64,000 nucleotides of DNA from Eledone cirrhosa (GCA_964016885.1 OZ024740.1:130386001-130450000); one strand, 5' to 3'. Shown: positions 43,140-59,831, counted from the first letter of the stretch. The notes: generated by a model from the sequence alone, not told the origin. Translations and numbers: made by a program.

Positions 43140-43268
43140 ATTTATTTATTAAAATAACATATATATATATGTTTATTTAAATAAATATTTGCTCTACGGT
43201 TCTTATATATTTGATATATATTTATCCTTATCGAGCCCTCTTTGGATTTTATTCTTCAAATTTATTAT

Positions 43269-43447
<179 letters not shown>

Positions 43448-43494
43448 TATATACATATATATATATACATACGTGTGTGTTAGTGTGTGTACTT

Positions 43495-44880
43495 CAACAT
43501 CATCCTCATCCTTCGACTCCTCTGTGGGCAGTCGTCAGTTTCTTGACAATCCCTTTCCACGTTATTCGTTCCTGCATTGCTATCCCCAGATCTCTTATGT
43601 CCAATTGTAGATGGTTTCCAGTGTTGTGTGTGTTCTTTCTTCTGAACAGATTTGTATATGCTCCATCGAATCGTCCTTCAAGCGGACAGATAATGTTTCT
43701 GATCCATAAAGTAGTACTAGTTCAATCAATGTTCTAAAGATCTGGACTTTTGAGAATGATAAATTCGAGCGCCAAGTCTTATAAAGCCTGTTGCATGCAT
43801 TCATTTCAGAGCTGGGCGATTGTTGAAATATTTTCGGGAGTCTGACCTGAGAGCCAAGGTATTTAGAGTTCTCGATCCCTTTGATGGATGTTTTATTGTG
43901 TACTTTCAAATCAGATGGTTCAGGGGAGGTTGTGATTTGTTGCTTTCTGAAGTGATTACAGCAGGGATTCTGTGTCCTTTATAGATTGAGAAATCAGACC
44001 AAGAACATCGGTGAAATCTAGGTAAGTCAGGTATCGTGCAGGGTGTTGGCCGTTCTGGTGACGTTTCAGAAGGAGTCCTTTTTCCTATATGCTGTCTAGC
44101 GAGATATGCATGCCATAGTCCAGAACAACTATGAAGAGGGACAAGTGTGTCACCTTGTAGAAGTCCTGCTTTTACTTCAAAGGATTTAATCTTGCCATCA
44201 AGTAATACAACAGTGGTAGTGGTGTTTTTGCAGAAAGCTTCAATTGCCTGACAAATTCCAAAAGGTATTCCGTAGAGTTTAAGTATTTTAAACATATCTC
44301 TACTGATAGAATCGACTTGTGAAAGTCGACAAAACAGATCGTGATCTCCCCGTTGGGCTTTTTCATTTCTTCCACTATGTGACGAATAGAGAGATTTTGA
44401 GCAGTTGTTGTCCTGCCACTTTAAAATCCATTCTAGGTCTTGCGACATAAAAGATCAGAAGCAGGGACAATCCTATTTAACAGAAACTTGTTGTAGACTT
44501 TTGCCACAATTGCCATGTGAGTTATACACCTATAATCTGCTGCACTTGTTAGATATCCATTTTTTTTTAGTACAGTCACTATTCCACCCTTCAGCCAGGC
44601 GGATGTAGGCAAGTGATGTATGATATGGTGTCAGCAGGACTGAAGAAGGAGGTCATGAAACGTTGGATCATTCTAAAGCAATGGTGGTAAATTATCAAGA
44701 CCTGTAGATTGGTCGTTGCAGAATTATTTGGGGGTCATTTTGAGTTCATCGATCGTAAATGGATTGGTATTGATATCGAAGATGCTGGGTATGTGATAAA
44801 GAGGAAGTGGCAGACCACTGTTCTGTGGTGGTTTTCCAAGGAGTTTCTTAAAGTGGTGTCGCAAGTTGCTCTCCGCTTTT
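43495..44880 (-). mobile_element. Decayed RTE-type LINE (RT and 3' end)
   Basis: [41 protein letters not shown]; (GAT/GAG) tail near 43500. Confidence 0.75.
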
Positions 44881-44990
44881 CCGCGCGTGCGCACACGCGC
44901 ACACACACACACGCACACACACACAAACACACTCACACACACACATACACACACCCACAGCCACACACACATAGCCCCACCCACACACAT

Positions 44991-45038
<48 letters not shown>

Positions 45039-45453
45039 ATGCATAGGTTTCTCCGGTTATCTTGGGTATGTGCACCGGTTAAGCACTGGAGCCAATATTT
45101 GGTTTATTTTGTTTGCTTTTCTCTTCGTAAGTTTCCACAGGCCTTTTCCAATGACTAAGGTTATTAAAGATATATGCCATTATACTAAAGAATCCAAAGA
45201 AGCTTGATCATTGAATAACTACCCATGAATTGTTGTGTATTATTCTTATATACGATTTAGTGTTTAGCACATTATTTATTATTTTACTTGTTTAAAAGTA
45301 ACGAAAAACATATTTCCAAAAATGTAAAAGGAATCAAAACGAACATAATCTAATTAACTAAGATAATATACAATGAAATACAATGACATGATGTCTGATA
45401 TCATTACAGTGATTATATTGAGGCGATTGTTTGTCTGCAATTAACGAGTCAGT

Positions 45454-45651
45454 TTATGCAGGACTATTTTTCTCGCTAATTCTCTTAAGTGTTTTAAGCT
45501 GTTTCTTTGTCACACAATACATCATGTTGACCATAATCAACACAGTTCTGATGTAATCAGGAGACAAAAGTATAATTAACTGGGAAAATGAATGTACAAT
45601 CTGCACCCACGTGACAACCTTATACAACAAATAAATAACTTCAGAATTATC
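45454..45651 (-). CDS. Putative terminal exon of a multi-pass membrane protein (7TM-like C-terminus)
   Basis: Acceptor ttacag|GAT; open frame DNSEVIYLLYKVVTWVQIVHSFSQLIILLSPDYIRTVLIMVNMMYCVTKK...PA*. Confidence 0.35.
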   Translation of the reverse strand, partial: DNSEVIYLLYKVVTWVQIVHSFSQLIILLSPDYIRTVLIMVNMMYCVTKKQLKTLKRISEKNSPA

Positions 45652-46240
45652 CTGTAATTGATATTCTGAATGCAATTTTGAAGTAATTAAAAGGTTTCAC
45701 GCTTTATATTTGGAAGCTGCGAAATTTAGTATTAATCACTTTTGATGTATTCATTTTACAATTTGAAAGTTAGAATAATAATAATAATAATCGACCTCTC
45801 TATATATAATATTTGAGAAAATTGGGTAATTTTCCCCTTTATCTTATTTCTGATGTTCATATGCGTTGGAATGACTATATTATAATTATACTTCGTTGAT
45901 ATATATATAAATATATACATATTCTGTTGATAGTGAAGTGTTCTTAAATTATTGAATGCATTATTTAACAATCCATCACTATGTAAATGTAACCCCAGGG
46001 TCCTATAATAACAAAAATAAAATGATCGAAAATATATGTATTTATATGTACGTGAATATATACTTACAATTACTTGCTATCCGTGCCATATATGCATACA
46101 CAAACCAGCACACACACACACACACAAATACACATACTTACACACACAGATACGGAGAGATAGTTACAAACACACATATGTAAGAGCTATATAAAGATCT
46201 TGTTTTGACGGCTTGTAACTCCTTCATTCATTCATTTGCT

Positions 46241-46304
<64 letters not shown>

Positions 46305-46365
46305 TGTGCGCGCGTGTGTGTGTGTGTGTGTGTGTCTGTGTGTGTGTCTGTGTCTGTGTGTGTCT

Positions 46366-46396
<31 letters not shown>

Positions 46397-46737
46397 AGAT
46401 AGAATATGTCGGGGCCCCACGCAGAGCTCCTGCCGTTGTGACAGCTAATTTAGAGGCTAATGAATCCGGATTACATTTCGAAACAGTAATAGTACAGGCG
46501 TCGGGCTCCGAATATTTTTAATATTATTACATTCTACTATCGAAAGTGTCAAGTAATTTGCTGAATAAGGGTTTTACTAGTTCATTAATATAACTGGTTC
46601 AATCTGATATATGTATATTTATATATACATAGATATATACATACAAATGCACACGCACACACACACGCACACACACACACACACACCCACACACGCACAC
46701 ACACACACACATACATACACGCACACACACACACAGA

Positions 46738-48715
<1,978 letters not shown>

Positions 48716-48909
48716 ATATATATATATATATATATATAATTATTATTATTAAATAACTTGAACATCTGAAACTACTTCGCTTTTACTTATACGATATGTA
48801 CCGTCACTCCTATGTGGAAAAAATACGTTGAGTGCTTGAATTGAATTGCATCCAGGTTTACCCTAAGAATATATATACATATATATATATGTATATATAT
48901 ATATACACA

Positions 48910-48959
<50 letters not shown>

Positions 48960-48987
48960 ATGTAAAAAAATCAATACAATATAATTA

Positions 48988-49057
48988 CCTCATTACCAGA
49001 GGTTTCCCGAATGAGGCGAATACGAAAGAAACGTCTTCATTCGTTCGTCAGACGAGG
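48988..49057 (-). ncRNA. Type I hammerhead ribozyme motif
   Basis: cctcgt-CTGACGA-a-cgaatga...tcattcg-g-GAAAC-c tct g-GTA-atgagg. Confidence 0.7.
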
Positions 49058-49559
49058 CAATATAAAACATGGCTAAATACTTGGAAAGTCTCATCAAGAA
49101 AAGCAAAAAAAAATTATATAAATATAGATAAAAATGAATTACAATGGCCATATGAAATATATAAAAATATTTCAAGAAATATAGTTAGGTGTGTGTATAT
49201 GTATGTATATACGCTCACAGATGTACATATGTGTCTATGTACAAATGTGTACGTATAGTGAAAAAGTGTGTGTAAATATATGTGTTAGGGCAAGTGTATC
49301 TGTGTATCTGTAACTACAGAGAGACATGATATGATTGTCCGTTTGGCAGGCACACAGAACAACAGGGTATTAGATACATTATAAGAATATGAAGACACGC
49401 GTATAAACACACACACACGCACGTACACTTATATGCGGAAGAAAAAGAGGTAAGGGAGTGTAATAGTAAAAAGAAAGTATCATTCTCGATATATTTATAA
49501 AAATGGAACAATAATTTAGAAAGAAAAAAATTTAGAAAGAAATATTAATAAAAAGACGA

Positions 49560-50450
49560 CTCCACTATTACCACGGATATATATTATAACCACACAGACA
49601 CCCATCAATATCTTAATTTTAAGTCGTGACATCTACCTCATACAAAATACAACATCCGATACTGCCTAGCCAGATTAATTTGTACCATTGCAGAAGATAT
49701 TAATACCAGGAACAAACGCCTAACAGCACTGAGAGAATTTTTGCTGAAACAAAAATACCCATCTCTACGTATAGAAGATGGCATACAGCGGGCTATAAAC
49801 ATAGCTATACAGCAACTTAAGACAACCCAAGGAAGAAGAAACCAAGAACCAGTCATACCATTTATAATGACACACAACCCATCTCACCAGAATATCTTCA
49901 ACACTGCCAAAGCAAACCTACCGATCATTGCTCAATGTAATGAATTAAAAGGCTTAATCACAGACCGATCTTTGACCCTTAGTAAAAAACAACCGAAAAT
50001 GTTGAAGCAATTGCTAACAATAGCAAAGTTTGACCTTAACAACAAAGACCAATCATTCACTGTATCCAAATGCAATGATAGCCGATGTGGCACATGTCAA
50101 TCCATACACAACGGTCAATATATGAACACAAAACCTGGAAAAATATTCCCCAATGCAAATATGAACTGCAAAAGCAGAAATCTAATTTACTGCACTAAAT
50201 GCCCGAATTGTGAAGAACTATATGTCGGTCAAACTGGAAATGCACTATCGGGACGTGCACGGGTGCACCGACAGAAAATCAGAGTCCAAAATGTACGTCA
50301 GATACCCCTGAGTAACCATCTATCAACATTTAGTCACAGAATATTTATAATATTTCCATTCTACAAATTACACAGCCCAAGTGAAATCAAGTGAAAAATC
50401 AAAGAAAATAATTTTATTGATAAATTCCAACCCAAGCTAAATGAACAATA
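49560..50450 (+). pseudogene. Neptune-type PLE RT thumb plus GIY-YIG fragment
   Basis: PFIMTHNP, CNDSRCGTC, NCKSRNLIYCTKCPNCEELYVGQTG..L..R...HR. Confidence 0.85.
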
Positions 50451-50598
50451 AAACTGGGGTATTACTCCTACTATGATTAAGAACATGTCAACTAATACCA
50501 CTAACAACAACAACAACAATAATAATAATAAAAGTGTTGATGGTGATGATTATTAGGAAATGACGTGTTCATCATTTCTAACAATTGATGATTTGGAT

Positions 50599-51133
50599 AG
50601 GGCCAAATAGTAGTCGTTAGACATGCTCAACCAACCTTGACGCCTATACCAATCAGCTTTAGTAATCCAGTGAAACTACACACCGATTGGTCGAAATACA
50701 GTTTGCAGAAGCTAGCATTCTGTAGCCACGTTTCAGTGTATATAAGGCACACAATTTACCCATCTCTTTACAGTTGAAAATTGCTAACTTGACTGTCACC
50801 ACAGAATATAACCTGAATATTTCGAAAGCATGAAAGTACTTGTTCAATTAAAACTTAACATTTAATATCTGCCATACTATTTCATTGTAATACCATTATA
50901 AATGTTAAAGGATTGTAAATAAAACGAGTAAATTAGACAAAGTTGGAATTCCTTTTATTAATATATATATATATATATATACAGGGTCAAATAGTAGTCG
51001 TTAGACATGCTCAACCAACCTTGACGCGTATACTAAACAGCTTTAGTAATCCAGTGAAACTACACACCGATTGGTCGAAATACAGTTTGCAGAATCTAGC
51101 ATTCTGTAGCCACGTTTCAGTGTATATAAGGCA
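50599..51133 (+). repeat. Direct repeat of about 150 bp (likely pLTR segment), second copy within (TA)n
   Basis: 50599-50749 closely matches 50982-51133. Confidence 0.85.
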
Positions 51134-51139
51134 TGTATG

Positions 51140-51197
<58 letters not shown>

Positions 51198-51201
<4 letters not shown>

Positions 51202-51411
51202 CATATGTTTCACAATCGATCAGCTCGAAGAAAGACATATTATAGATTGAACCTGTCTTTGTAATCGAAAGGTCGTCCGTTATGCTTAGTGTATGAGTTC
51301 GTCTCCGATTCTCTATATACTAAGAATATCTGACAGCCTTTCAATTACAGAGTGAAGTTCGATCCATAATATGTCTTGCATCACGCAGATCGATAGTGAA
51401 ACATGTGTAAT
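51198..51411. mobile_element. Hairpin element (family I) with degenerate HHR in each arm
   Basis: Arms give consensus atat-CTGACGA-...tcgat..atcga..-GAAAC-ATRT-GTA-atat (copies read CTGACAG and CGGACGA). Confidence 0.55.
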
Positions 51412-51579
51412 ATGATATTAAATAAGTTATGATGCAGCATTGAATCCTTGTTCCGTCTCCTTATTGTATCACACTCTGCTCTTCACGAGCATCGTTTGCT
51501 CAACCGGAACACCGCCTACGGAAGCATTTCTCAATCAACCATACAACTATTAATATATATATATATATATATGTAAATG

Positions 51580-51621
<42 letters not shown>

Positions 51622-52803
51622 TAGCGAGAATCGTTTTCAGCTTAGGAATTAACGAAAATCAACGTCCGATATGTGTGGCAAGCGCTCGATGAATCATATG
51701 AATCAGAGCTATAACATACGTTAAGGGCCAAACACACTGAGATAATGGTTAAACATATCATCCGCACAGCCAAAACAAAACGACCAAGTAATTCGGGTCA
51801 AACAATAAAAATATATGTGTTGTACTTTCCCGGACCCTGGACTGATGGTAAAATCCAGTATTGGTTTCTGCGACTCCAAATCAGGTACTGTCCGCCTACA
51901 TAAAGAATGTTGGGCTTCTCGTGAGATGATGAACAAGGCAGTCGTGTTATCAACGGGTTTTGCTCCAAGATGCTATAGATAGTGTGGCTATTACTGACCC
52001 CTCGTGGGATTCAGCAAGGGAGGTAACACCTCTATTAAGCGAATGATTCAATTGTGTATTATTGCGAGAATGGAAAATATCACAAATCGAATAAAACTCT
52101 CGGCAGAATGGTTAAATATAACAGAGCTATTCAACAGTCAATATAAGTAACTGAAAAAATCATAAAATTAACTGCTCAATAGCTAGACTCCGGAGATTAA
52201 TACAATATATATATATATATATATATATAAAGGACGTAAAATAAAAAAATATTTTTTTAAAAAAAAAAAATTTAAAAAAAAAAAAATTTTTTTCTTACTT
52301 AAATTTTCACTCCAACTAATTAGTTTCTGCAATGGGATAAAGACAGTTACGTAATTCAACTGTCGAGAATTCATTGCGTCATCAGGAAGTCTATTCTCAG
52401 TTAAGTCTCCAGGCAATGCGCGGACACTGGCGGCTCATATAAAAATAATAATAATTCGGTAAATCGAACAGCTTGCGAGGACTGAATTCTATGTACCGAA
52501 ATTCTCACTGCTTCAAGTCAAATGGCCGATTCTAAAGAATCAATCACGTGACACAGAGGCTAGTTAGAAGGAATGGGATGGTAAGATGACTGACGCCTAC
52601 TAACACCCCAAAAAAAAATTTTTTTAGAAGTGGTTTTGACAAGTTTGCTCGACAAATCAGTGATTTGGAGATAAATATAGATAATTTAATATATCAACTA
52701 ACATAAGCGCACAGATGCACGCCCATGCCAGCAAATACACAGGTTATGTCATAGTACCTAGGTGGTTCAATGCAGGAGAATGCAGAACAATAATATAAAG
52801 GAC

Positions 52804-52874
<71 letters not shown>

Positions 52875-53081
52875 CGTTTACATGTGCGTGCCCGTGCCTG
52901 TGCCTGTGTCTCTGTGTACGTCTGTGTATATATTCTTACACGCAGATATTTGAATGTGCATATATATATATAAAGAAGTACAGCATAATCGAAGCTCTCG
53001 CTGCAGCTAAGCTATCGAATGCAATCGGGATGTACAGCTAAGCACTCAATAAGATATTTTATCTTATAGTTATAACATTAC

Positions 53082-53222
53082 GCTTAGACAGCTTTGCAAA
53101 TTGAAGACAGCGACCGATAAGCCAGCCGCAGTGACCAAAGCAACGAATAGAAACTGACTCAGGAAAATATGATAAAAACCTGGACCATCGCGTTGATATT
53201 GTACAATATCTCCGCTAGGTTT
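53082..53222 (-). CDS. Putative internal exon with transmembrane helix
   Basis: tttacag| ... |gtaatg, 141 nt, phase 0-0, KPSGDIVQYQRDGPGFYHIFLSQFLFVALVTAAGLSVAVFNLQSCLS. Confidence 0.35.
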
Positions 53223-53417
53223 CTGTAAACCCGAAATCAACAAAATCCACATGCGGGGGCCTGCAATTTATTGGTTTTCGTTCTAGGCCGCTCCGGTTGT
53301 GAATATTAGCAGTAAACACGGCCAGTAGTCACATGGTTTTCCCGAGGGATTTAACCTCCGGTTTGGGCGGTCAAAATTCAAAATCTAAACAAAGTAATTA
53401 ATTCCTTTCCACAAACC

Positions 53418-53458
<41 letters not shown>

Positions 53459-53713
53459 TGTGTGTGTGTGTATGTATGATTGTGCTTTTTTCCGTTTTGG
53501 CATATTACATATATTCATCAATCCACATTTTCATTTAATTACTCTCTAAATGTTGCCTCACCACCTTCCTTTCATTAAAGAAATAATTAATATTTTTATT
53601 CATGCATATTCTGTGTAAAACCGTCGAAAATTCTCCAATATACCTGTGTTTTTGATAGTATGCTGTATACACACAAATAATTCATACACTTTAGAAATGG
53701 TTGCCAACACATA

Positions 53714-53894
53714 TTGGCAGTGTTGGTAGAGGGTCGGATGCCATGATTTGACGCATATAGTTACGGCCCTTGCCATTCTGTGTTCAAATCCCGCCGAGGT
53801 TAACTTTTCTTTCATCCTTACGGGGTCGATAAAATAAAGTACCGGTAATACACGGTATAATTGCTGGCCTTGTGCCTAACGTAGAAACAATTAT
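53714..53894 (+). mobile_element. tRNA-like SINE copy
   Basis: Family match in plus orientation. Confidence 0.85.
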
Positions 53895-54076
53895 CCACTT
53901 TACTTAATTTTAAACACTTATATTTTCTTTCATCTTTTTCTACCTTTTTTTAAGCTATTTAATAATTGTTGAAGCATTTACTGATTTAATTCTTTGCAAC
54001 ACAATTTTGTATTTTTCATTTAAATGCCTTTCTTTAAACTACTCTTTCATTCACTAAGGCCTGTCCCTATATATAA

Positions 54077-54384
54077 CTAGCAGTGGTACCCGACGTTGCA
54101 CGGGATAAGGTATTTTGGAACGCGGGTCGCCAACAGACCTAATCATGGAAAAACTGCATGCCTGGACAATATGTAAAGAAAATAAACCGAATACTCTGAT
54201 GGCTGGATAATCTTTAAGATTTTCTTCGATGAAGGAGGACATATGCAGATGTTCACCTAATGCAGGCCAACAAGTTGAATTCAGTATGTGCCTAACACTC
54301 CCTGGAAGGTAAGTAATACACGTGTAAAGTTTGAAAAAATCGATTGGGATTCAAACTCACAGACACACACACGCACACACACAG

Positions 54385-54446
<62 letters not shown>

Positions 54447-54485
54447 ACACACACTCACAGACATCCTCAGGTATATATATATAGA
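54077..54485 (-). mobile_element. Non-autonomous Helitron-like element
   Basis: Minus strand A|TCtatata...CTAG|T with subterminal hairpin cccgtgcaacgtcggg about 8 nt before CTAG; internal (CA)n. Confidence 0.65.
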
Positions 54486-54779
54486 TTACACTTTATTCCC
54501 TCCAAACACTATTCATATGAATAATCAACCACTCCTATCAACTAACACCCTACCCCACCCCTACTACTTCGTACTCTTAACCCTTGTCTGACTAAATATA
54601 CTAACTATTGCCTGCACCACCCACTTTCTCCATCACCCCAATTTGATACAATGATAAATTCGACCAAAACACTACCAAGTCTAGTGACCTATTTATAAAC
54701 ACCCTACAAATACTACTACAAACCTGAACAAGTTTACTGATCACTTAAGCCGAAACAGCTTGGCACCACTCTCAGTATT

Positions 54780-54782
<3 letters not shown>

Positions 54783-54864
<82 letters not shown>

Positions 54865-54999
54865 CCTCTCTCTCTCCCTCTCTCTATCTCTCTCTATCTA
54901 TCTATCTATCTCTCTCTCTATCTCTCTATATCTCTCTCTATCTCTATCTCCTTCTCTCTCTCTCTCTCACGCTCTTCCTCCTCTCTCTCTCGCTCCCCC

Positions 55000-55016
<17 letters not shown>
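54783..55016. repeat. (TC)n microsatellite
   Basis: Direct inspection. Confidence 0.95.
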
Positions 55017-55036
<20 letters not shown>

Positions 55037-55255
55037 AAGTTAAAAAAATTACATCTACATATGCATACTGAAATACTAGTGTGTATATGAATACACACAC
55101 GTATACATATGTATATGTAACAAGTCTTTCACTGGTTGCTTTACTGTGAGCACCCAGCTATTCTGTATGTAAACACACAGACAAACCGGTTTTTAGAGTC
55201 ATACTGGTTTTGGAGGGAACACCTTCCCTCTATTCTCCAGAAAGCCAGACAAGGA

Positions 55256-55298
55256 ATATTGAACAAGTTTCGTTGTTGTTACAACTCATCAGCAATAT
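55256..55298 (-). ncRNA. Minimal hammerhead (family J)
   Basis: atattg-CTGATGA-gttgt aaca acaac-GAAAC-tt-GTT-caatat. Confidence 0.8.
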
Positions 55299-55850
55299 TT
55301 ACCTATCTACCGGCCCTTCTGGAGAATTGTAAAAGCACATATCGTTATATGCTTTTTCTATGAAAATTAGTAGTGGGCAGACTAATTTGCATAGAGTGTG
55401 AGTACGCACCGGTTCAGCGGAGACGATAAAAACAAATAACGAAACGAAATTAAATTTCGTTTCGTTTGTAACTCACTTTTGTATGACTGACGCTTAAACA
55501 ATTAAGTTAAAAAAATTACATCTACATATGCATACTGAAATACTAGTGTGTATATGAATACACACACGTATACATATGTAAATGTAACAAGTCTTTCACT
55601 GGTTGCTTTACTGTGAGCACCCAGCTATTCTGTATGTAAACACACAGACAAACCGGGCGTCAGTCATACAAAAGTGAGTTACAAACGAAACGAAATTTAA
55701 TTTCGTTTCGTTATTTGTTTTATCGTCTCCGCTGAACCGGTGCGTACTCACACTCTATGCAAATTATTCTGCCCACTACAAATTTTCATAGAAAAAGCAT
55801 ATAACGATATGTGCTTTTACAATTCTCCAGAAGGGCCGGTAGATAGGTAA

Positions 55851-55893
55851 ATATTGCTGATGAGTTGTAACAACAACGAAACTAGTTCAATAT
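55851..55893 (+). ncRNA. Minimal hammerhead (family J), palindromic stem III AACTAGTT
   Basis: atattg-CTGATGA-gttgt aaca acaac-GAAAC-ta-GTT-caatat. Confidence 0.85.
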
Positions 55894-56342
55894 TCCTTGT
55901 CTGGCTTTCTGGAGAATAGAGGGAAGGTGTTCCCTCAAAAAACAGTATGACTCTAAAAACCGGTTTGTCTGTGTGTTTACATACAGAATAGCTGGGTGCT
56001 CACAGTAAAGCAACCAGTGAAAGACTTGTTACATATACATATGTATACGTGTGTGTATCCATATACACACTAGTATTTCAGTATGCATATGTAGATGTAA
56101 TTTGTTTAACTTAATTGTTTAAGCGTCAGTCATACAAAAGTGAGTTACAAACGAAACGATATTTAATTTCGTTTCGTTATTTGTTTTTATATATATATTA
56201 ATTCAGGTTTGTTGGTTTACCATTGAATAGAACTTGACATTCCGTATGATCTACCTCGATGTAATATTATGGAGAGCACTCAACGTAATGCAACAAACCG
56301 TCTTCGCGTGTGTAGTTGGTGGTGCGAGTACAGAGTTAATTA

Positions 56343-58642
56343 TTATAAAATAGCAGGAGGCTAGACTGGTGTAACTCCTTGAAAGTGTTATTATACCATG
56401 ATCATTTCAATGACCCGGTTCAGTATGAATCCGGTCAAAACATCAGATATTCGAAATATAGCAAAGGAACACAATAGACACAATCCATGGGGCTGAAAAT
56501 CAGAGACAATGAGGGCGAATGAACATTTAGCAGCTTCAACCTCGGTCGGCCGCCCTCAAGTGTTGTTTATTAACCCTACATATGTCCATTTGGTGAAGGA
56601 GCGTAGGACTATAGTGTACTACTAACCACCCCGTCAAAGACAGAGGCCAGCTGGTCATGCATGCTAGAAAGTGATGCGAAAAATGTTGTTTTTTTTCAGT
56701 TGTTATAAAATAACAGGAGGCTGGACTGGTGTAATCCTTGAAAGGTTTATTATAGCATGAGAATTTCAATGACCGGGTTCAGTATGAATCCGTTGACATC
56801 ATCAGGTATTCGAAATATAACAAAGGAACACCATAGACAAAACACATGGGGCTGAAAATCAGGGACATGAGGGTGACCAAACATTTAGCAGCTTCTACCC
56901 CGGTCGGCCACCCTCGATTTTGTCTACTCCACACCCTTGTCACACTTCGAACACCCGACAATGTCACGGGACTCATACTGAACCCGGTCATTGAAATGAT
57001 CATATTATAATAGACCCTCCAAGGTTGCTTGGAAAAATAAATGTCCCCTTCTTTCGGTAAACTAAATTACTCGGAACGGCTGCTCTGCCCTGAGGCCCTG
57101 TCGGACTTGGAACCATCCGCGCCACCGGTTATTTACCGCCAAATAATACCTTTAAATTCTAGGCTGAATCATAACTTTTAACTTTATCATGCCTCATTCT
57201 ACTAGCGCTTAACTAAATCCCTCACCAGTGTGAATAACTAGTAATCGTTTGGTATAGACGATGGCCAGCCGGCGGTGGCGGACGGTTCCGCTAACACACC
57301 CGCCGATTAAGACAGTTATATTCCTGGAGTACTCGAAAAAAGAATTTTCCATTTCTTTCGTTAGACGATAATACTTAGAACGACTGACACGCCTTTGGGC
57401 CCAGGGCTGGCCGGGCGTCCGTGAGTCGCTGGTTATTGACCGCTAAGCATGGGCTTAATCTTTACTCTATATTCTACCCTGAAACCTTATCGTTACTCTC
57501 TATAACATACTTAAACTTTTTCATAAAAGCCTCCTTCTGTAAATTCTTTAAATGCATCTCTCAACCTTAATCCTGAATCTTATATTTCTAATTTCATCTT
57601 AAAAGGGATTTTACAACTTTAAACATAAATTTAACGTTTCTAATTGTTAATCGAAATTTCGGTCCATATATTATACCATGCAGACGCCCACTATATGTGT
57701 CTTTGTGGAAGACATATGTTCTTTGAAAAAACATTTTTCGAAGCACTTTCTAGCAAGCATGACCAGCTTAGTTGTAACATGATCTCAACGCTGGCCTCTG
57801 TCTTTGACGGGGTGGGTAGTAGTACACTATAGGCTTACGCTCCTTCACCAGATGGACATAAGTAGGCTTAATCAACACTTGAGGGCAGCCCACTGACGTA
57901 GAAGCTGCTAAATGTTCGGTCGCCCTCATGGATGTTGCCTATTGTGTTCCTTTGTTGTGCTTTGATAGTCTGATGATGTCACCGGATACACGCTGAACCC
58001 GGTCATTGAAATGATAAGGGTGTGATGGACTTTTCGGGGAATTGCAACAGACGGGCTCCAGTTATTTAGTAATATATATATATATATATTATAAAATACA
58101 GGAGGCTGGACTGGTGAATTTCCTTAGATGGTTTATTATACTGTGTTCATTTCCATAATCGTGTTCGGTATGAACCCCGTTATATCATCGGGTGTTTGGA
58201 GTGTGACAAGGGAGTGTGGTAGACACAATCGAGAGCGGTCGACCGAGGTAGAAGCTGCTAAATGTTTCGTCGCCCTCATGTCTCTGATTTTCAGCCCCAT
58301 GGATTTTGTCTATTGTGTTTCTTTGCTATATTTCGAATATCTGATGATGTCACTGGATTCATACTGAACCCGGTCATTGAAATGATAATTGTTTCTACTT
58401 TAGGCACAAGGCCAGCAATTATCCAGTGTATTACTGGTACTTTATTGTATCGACCCTGTAAGGATGAGAGGCAAAGTCAACCTCGGCGGGATTTGAACTC
58501 TGATCGTAAAGGGACGTAACTATGCTGGAAAGCATGGCGTCCGACTCTCTACCGATACTGCCAATCCACCGCCCTTGAAATGATAATGGTATAATAAACC
58601 TTTCAAGGAATTACACAACTCCAGCCTCCTGTTATTTTATAA
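56343..58642. mobile_element. Cluster of family K repeats (unit about 360 nt, tandem and inverted) with HHR-like motifs
   Basis: Copies at 56343, 56703, 57720-58075 (rc) and 58088-58642; CTGATGA-tgtc...ccggtcatt-GAAA-tgat motifs near 56400, 56760, 57970 and 58340. Confidence 0.75.
58390..58573 (-). mobile_element. tRNA-like SINE with 13-bp TSD ttgaaatgataat
   Basis: TSD at 58377-58389 and 58575-58587. Confidence 0.92.
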
Positions 58643-59199
58643 TATTATACCCTAACGGATAGCACGACCTATACGTGGATATTTTACGTCTTGATGTGGG
58701 AGCTAAGTATATGTTTTGTTTATTCCTTTACTTATTTGCATAGGTCAGTATATATTAACCGTATGTTTTGTGAAGGTATGTATACTTTCTCTTATGTATA
58801 TTTGACTGTTATGGCGTATCATTTTTACATAGTCTGGTATTTAGGGTTTGGCTATGTGTATACGGGAGTTTTGCGTCTGCGTGAGTATGCAGGTTCCTAC
58901 GTATGGTGGGTGTGTGTATATGTGTACTTCTTGTTTTAGTTGACTTACGTCTCCGAACATTCGTGTATTTATATGTAGGTATGCGTGTGCGCTTGTTATA
59001 TACGTATTTATTTACTTATTACGTTGATATAATTATTTATTTATTTGTACACAAGCATACACACAGACACACATATTTATATGTGCGTGGTTTTGTATAC
59101 CTATGGTAAGGTTTTGCATATGCTTGTGTATGTACGTATCTGTTTGCATGTATGTATTTATTTGTTTCTATTACTTCTGTATTGTATTTATTTACTTTG

Positions 59200-59831
<632 letters not shown>

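Larger units (their letters stand above)
55035..56190. mobile_element. Retrozyme-like element family J: unit of about 467 nt in head-to-tail plus inverted arrangement
   Basis: Unit 55035-55501 restarts at 55502-55656; inverted multimer at 55657-56190; near-identical copies; (TA)n flanks. Confidence 0.85.

Noticed and set aside
50578-50622. ctaac-aa-TTGATGA-tttgg..ccaaa..GTC-gttag after the PLE ORF
   Set aside because: No GAAA core; cannot be supported as a ribozyme
52340-52392. Minus-strand CTGATGA...GAAT-TACGTA
   Set aside because: GAAA is mutated and stems are weak; at most a decayed remnant
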